Of a DNA stretch of 64,000 nucleotides, positions 60,553 through 64,000 are shown piece by piece; positions within the stretch are counted from its first letter, which is position 1, and the number at the start of each line of letters is the position of its first letter. The notes below the pieces were generated by a model. The model ran no database searches. It saw only the letters and a program-made list of their open reading frames with translations, and was not told the DNA's origin. Made by a program: the position numbers and the translations under genes. Source of the stretch: Eledone cirrhosa (Eukaryota); NCBI GenBank assembly GCA_964016885.1, contig OZ024742.1:254510001-254574000 (forward strand), read 5' to 3'.

Positions 60553-63500
60553 TCATCATCATCATCATCATCATCATCGTTTAACGTCCAACTTCCACGC
60601 TTGCATGGGTTTGGACGGGAGTTTTCCCACTTGAGGCAAGATTGGTTGTCCAGCTCGTAAAGGACTGTCTGGCGGGTTTTCTACGGCTGGATGCCCTTCC
60701 TAACATCAACCACGTTTACAATGTGGACTGGGAGGTTTTTACCGTGTTACCTACACGTCCATATTACAGCGTGGACTGTGTGTTTTTTTGTCGTGACACC
60801 TACACGACCTCATCTGTTTCGGACTGGATGTTGTGGTACCAACATAACTTCACATTTAAGGGGGTGGTGTGGATGGGGTGGGGGTAGTGGAACAGGGGTG
60901 TATTTTTGTTAGAGGTGCCTACTGACTGTAGGTTTCGCTTTGTACTTAGGCAAGGCGGGTCTTCTGTATTACTGTGTAGCGCCAAAGATCTCGGTCCAGT
61001 GACATTGTCTTCGAGAGATGTAAGTGTGTGAGGTCGGAATTTATCAAGTCGTTCAAGGTTTTTCTGGGTCTGCCTACTCCGTGGCTACCGTCTATTTTTA
61101 TCGCCCTGCACTTTTTTTATACAGCTGTCGTCTTTCATGCGCATCACGTGACCATACCAACGTAGTCTTCTCTCGAGTAAACAACATCTGATCCCTCTTA
61201 TTCCTAATTTCTCCCTTAGTTCGTTTATGCTTTCCCGTTCACGTATACTACTATTACACATCCAGCGGAGCATGCAAGCTTCGTTCTTCTCCAGTCTGCG
61301 TATATCCTCTGCACACAATGCCCAGGTCTCACTGCCATGTAACATTGCTGTTCGTATGCAGGCATCATACAGCCTGCCTTTCATGTTTAGAGAGAACCCT
61401 TTAGCGGCCAATAGTGGTATAAGCTCTCTGAACTTTTTCCATCCCGTTCTGACTCTAGCTACTGTACTTTCAGAGCACCCTCCCCCACTGCTGATTTTGT
61501 CACCCAGGTAACGGAAGGTGTCCACTATTTCTATAGAACCATCTGTGCAAAGGAATGAGCTAGTATTTCGTGGGCACTTGCTGCTACTTATTGCACCAGA
61601 GAACCGGCCACATATAAAATCTATACTCTTAGTTAGCTTACCTGTGATCCCGCTACATCTTTTATGCACCCATACTTTGCATTTGGGACATAAAATGGAG
61701 TTTCTGCCTACTCTTTTCCTACACACTGAGCATGGCCATTTCCCAGATGGGACCGGTGCCTTATTTTCCTTCCTACAAACTAGAACTTTAGTCTTAGACA
61801 AGTTAACTTTAAGGCCTTTTGATTCTAGGCCATGCTTCCATGTTTGGAATTTCTTCTCTAGTTCAGCCATTGATTCAGCTATGAGCGTTAGATCATCTGC
61901 ATATAGGAGTTCCCATGGGCAGCCGGTCTTGAAATCCTCTGTTATAGCCTGAAGGGCAATAATGAATAGGAGGGGACTAAGGACAGACCCTTGGTGAACA
62001 CCAACTTTTACACTAAGTTCTTCACAATATTCATTGTTAATTCTAACCTTACTGACTGTTTCATTATACATAGCTTGTATAGCTCTCACAAGCCATTCAT
62101 CTACACCTAGTTTTCTAAGAGCCCACCAGATAATGGAGCGGGGGACTCTATCTAAGTCTTTCTCCAAGTCAACAAAAGTTAAGTATAGGGGTTTACTTTT
62201 AGCTAGGTACTTCTCCTGTAGTTGTACAATAAAAAGACCGTCTGTGGTACTTATACCTGACATAAACCCGAACTGCATTTCATCTAGATCAATTCGTTCT
62301 CTGATTAGTTGCGCTATTACTTTTTCTGTGACCTTCATGACCTGGTCGATTAATTTAATGCCTCTATAGTTTCCTCTATCTAGGGCATCTCCTTTACCCT
62401 GGTAGCAGTTAATGATGATGCTGCTACGCCAGTCCTTCGGAACGGTCCCGTTCTGTATGACTTGGTTTACTTTCTCGGTGACCATAATGTGTCCCACCGT
62501 TCCAGATGCTTTCAGCATTTCAGCAACTATTTCCGAAGGCCCAGCCGCTTTTCCCGTCTTCATATCTTTGATTGCCTTACTTATTATACTACCTTCAACT
62601 AGCACTGCTGGTCCCTCTATTGGATCGATGTGGGGGAGACTGTCTTTCTCCCATTTATTCTCCTCATTTAGTAGCCTTTCGTAGTGACACTTCCAAGCTA
62701 CCTTCTTATCAGCGTCAGTGATGGCAAGTACACCATCATCATTAAAGACACACTTCTCCCCGACAATATCACGGTTTTCCTTGACACATTGCCTAGCAAT
62801 CCTGAACACCTCACGTTTTTGGTCCTCGCATTGTAGAACATGCTTGAACTTTCTTTCCTCTGCTTCCCTTCTTGCGAAGTACACATGTCTCCTAGCTTCC
62901 CTCCTGGCCACTTGATAGTCTTCTCTATTTCCCCCATCCCGCCATACTTTCCAAGCCTGCTTTTTGGCCTTAATTGACTCCTCCACCTTACTGTTCCACT
63001 ACCACGTTACACTCCTCCTCCCTATAGGCCTGCTCCAGCCACAGACTTCATCTGCCGCCTTCAGCAGGTTAGCTTTCAAGAAAATCCCACTGTTCCTCTA
63101 TATTGTACGACTCTAATTGCTCTTCCTTACTGTCGAAAGCATCAAGTAATATGCTTTTAAATTTATTACTGGCTGTGGGGTTTTTTAGCTTCCATATTTT
63201 TCTCCCGGGGATAATCCTCCCCTGTTGTCGAGTACGTCTTGTCCTGACTATGAGATCGCTGACTATGAGTCTATGTTGGGAGGTGCATTCTTCATGGGGG
63301 AGGGATTTAGTGTTTAGAACAGACACTCTATCACGTCTTCTGGTAAGGATATAATCTATCTGACTGGCGTGTTCCCCTGATCTATAGGTGATCAAGTGAT
63401 TGCTTCGTTTTTTTAAGTTAGTGTTACAGATAGATAGGTTATTTGCGTCACAGAATTACAGGATACTGGGGCCTTCCTCATTTCTAATACCAAACCCATA

Positions 63501-64000
63501 GCCTCCATGGATTCCGTCATAGCCGTCACAATGTTGTCCAACGTGACCATTTAGGTCGCCAGCAATAATTATGTAGTCACTGTTGGTTATTTGGGAGGTA
63601 GTGAGCATCAATGTCTCATAGAATATGTCTTTTATAGCGCCAGGCAGTCCGGATTGGGGTGCATACGCAGATATTACTGTCACAGTAGTTCTATTTAGGA
63701 CAAGTCTTATTTTAATTATTCTGTCGTTCACTCTATTTACGTCTATTATCTTATCTACCCAATTTTTCGGCTAACATGATTCCTACTCCACCCAGCCCAT
63801 TGTCATTTCCCACCCAGAAAAGCTTATAGTTTCGTTTTTTTACCCACAATGAATCTAGCAGACACACCCCTCCAACTGGTCTCTTGGATACAGCAAACAA
63901 CAACATCTTTACGTTCAAGCTTTTCTACAACCTCGTTAGAGGGACCTTTTAAGGTGCCTACATTCATAGTACCATCTCTCAAGTTTTGGATTGCGTTTGG
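60553..64000 (-). mobile_element. Near full-length RTE LINE, running off the window end
   Basis: APE fragments 63069-63731 (ISAYAPQ, AGDLNGHVG, SQIDYIL, QHRLI), RT ORF, long 3' UTR, (GAT)n tail. Confidence 0.95.
61085..62986 (-). CDS. RTE reverse transcriptase (633-aa open segment of a disrupted ORF)
   Basis: KAAGPSEI, NYRGIKL, QFGF, FVDLEKDLDRV, GVHQGSVLSPLLF, LLYADD, FRYLG, RRLRWYGHV. Confidence 0.9.
   Translation of the reverse strand: MEESIKAKKQAWKVWRDGGNREDYQVARREARRHVYFARREAEERKFKHVLQCEDQKREVFRIARQCVKENRDIVGEKCVFNDDGVLAITDADKKVAWKCHYERLLNEENKWEKDSLPHIDPIEGPAVLVEGSIISKAIKDMKTGKAAGPSEIVAEMLKASGTVGHIMVTEKVNQVIQNGTVPKDWRSSIIINCYQGKGDALDRGNYRGIKLIDQVMKVTEKVIAQLIRERIDLDEMQFGFMSGISTTDGLFIVQLQEKYLAKSKPLYLTFVDLEKDLDRVPRSIIWWALRKLGVDEWLVRAIQAMYNETVSKVRINNEYCEELSVKVGVHQGSVLSPLLFIIALQAITEDFKTGCPWELLYADDLTLIAESMAELEKKFQTWKHGLESKGLKVNLSKTKVLVCRKENKAPVPSGKWPCSVCRKRVGRNSILCPKCKVWVHKRCSGITGKLTKSIDFICGRFSGAISSSKCPRNTSSFLCTDGSIEIVDTFRYLGDKISSGGGCSESTVARVRTGWKKFRELIPLLAAKGFSLNMKGRLYDACIRTAMLHGSETWALCAEDIRRLEKNEACMLRWMCNSSIRERESINELREKLGIRGIRCCLLERRLRWYGHVMRMKDDSCIKKVQGDKNRR

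Overview
AT-rich eukaryotic intergenic or intronic DNA with very long (TA)n/(CA)n/(GA)n/(CAT)n tracts. The repeat content (RTE LINEs with (GAT)n tails, tRNA-derived SINEs) suggests a cephalopod, probably Octopus (inference). No host gene is clearly supported; most ORF-track entries are translated microsatellites. Recognisable coding remnants are RTE-clade LINEs and several Penelope-like elements (PLE; RT plus GIY-YIG). The main finding is a dense set of type I hammerhead ribozyme (HHR) motifs: 27 traced by hand across more than 10 unrelated repeat families, mostly with palindromic stem III. They lie in fold-back or terminally redundant elements inserted into (TA)n. The clearest case is a very young non-coding tandem array of 466/480-bp units (about 48187-51000, plus a diverged neighbour), each unit carrying one HHR. 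This is a candidate non-LTR retrozyme (circular-RNA-type, non-autonomous retroelement) probably mobilised by PLE proteins. Ribozyme activity is predicted from sequence only.
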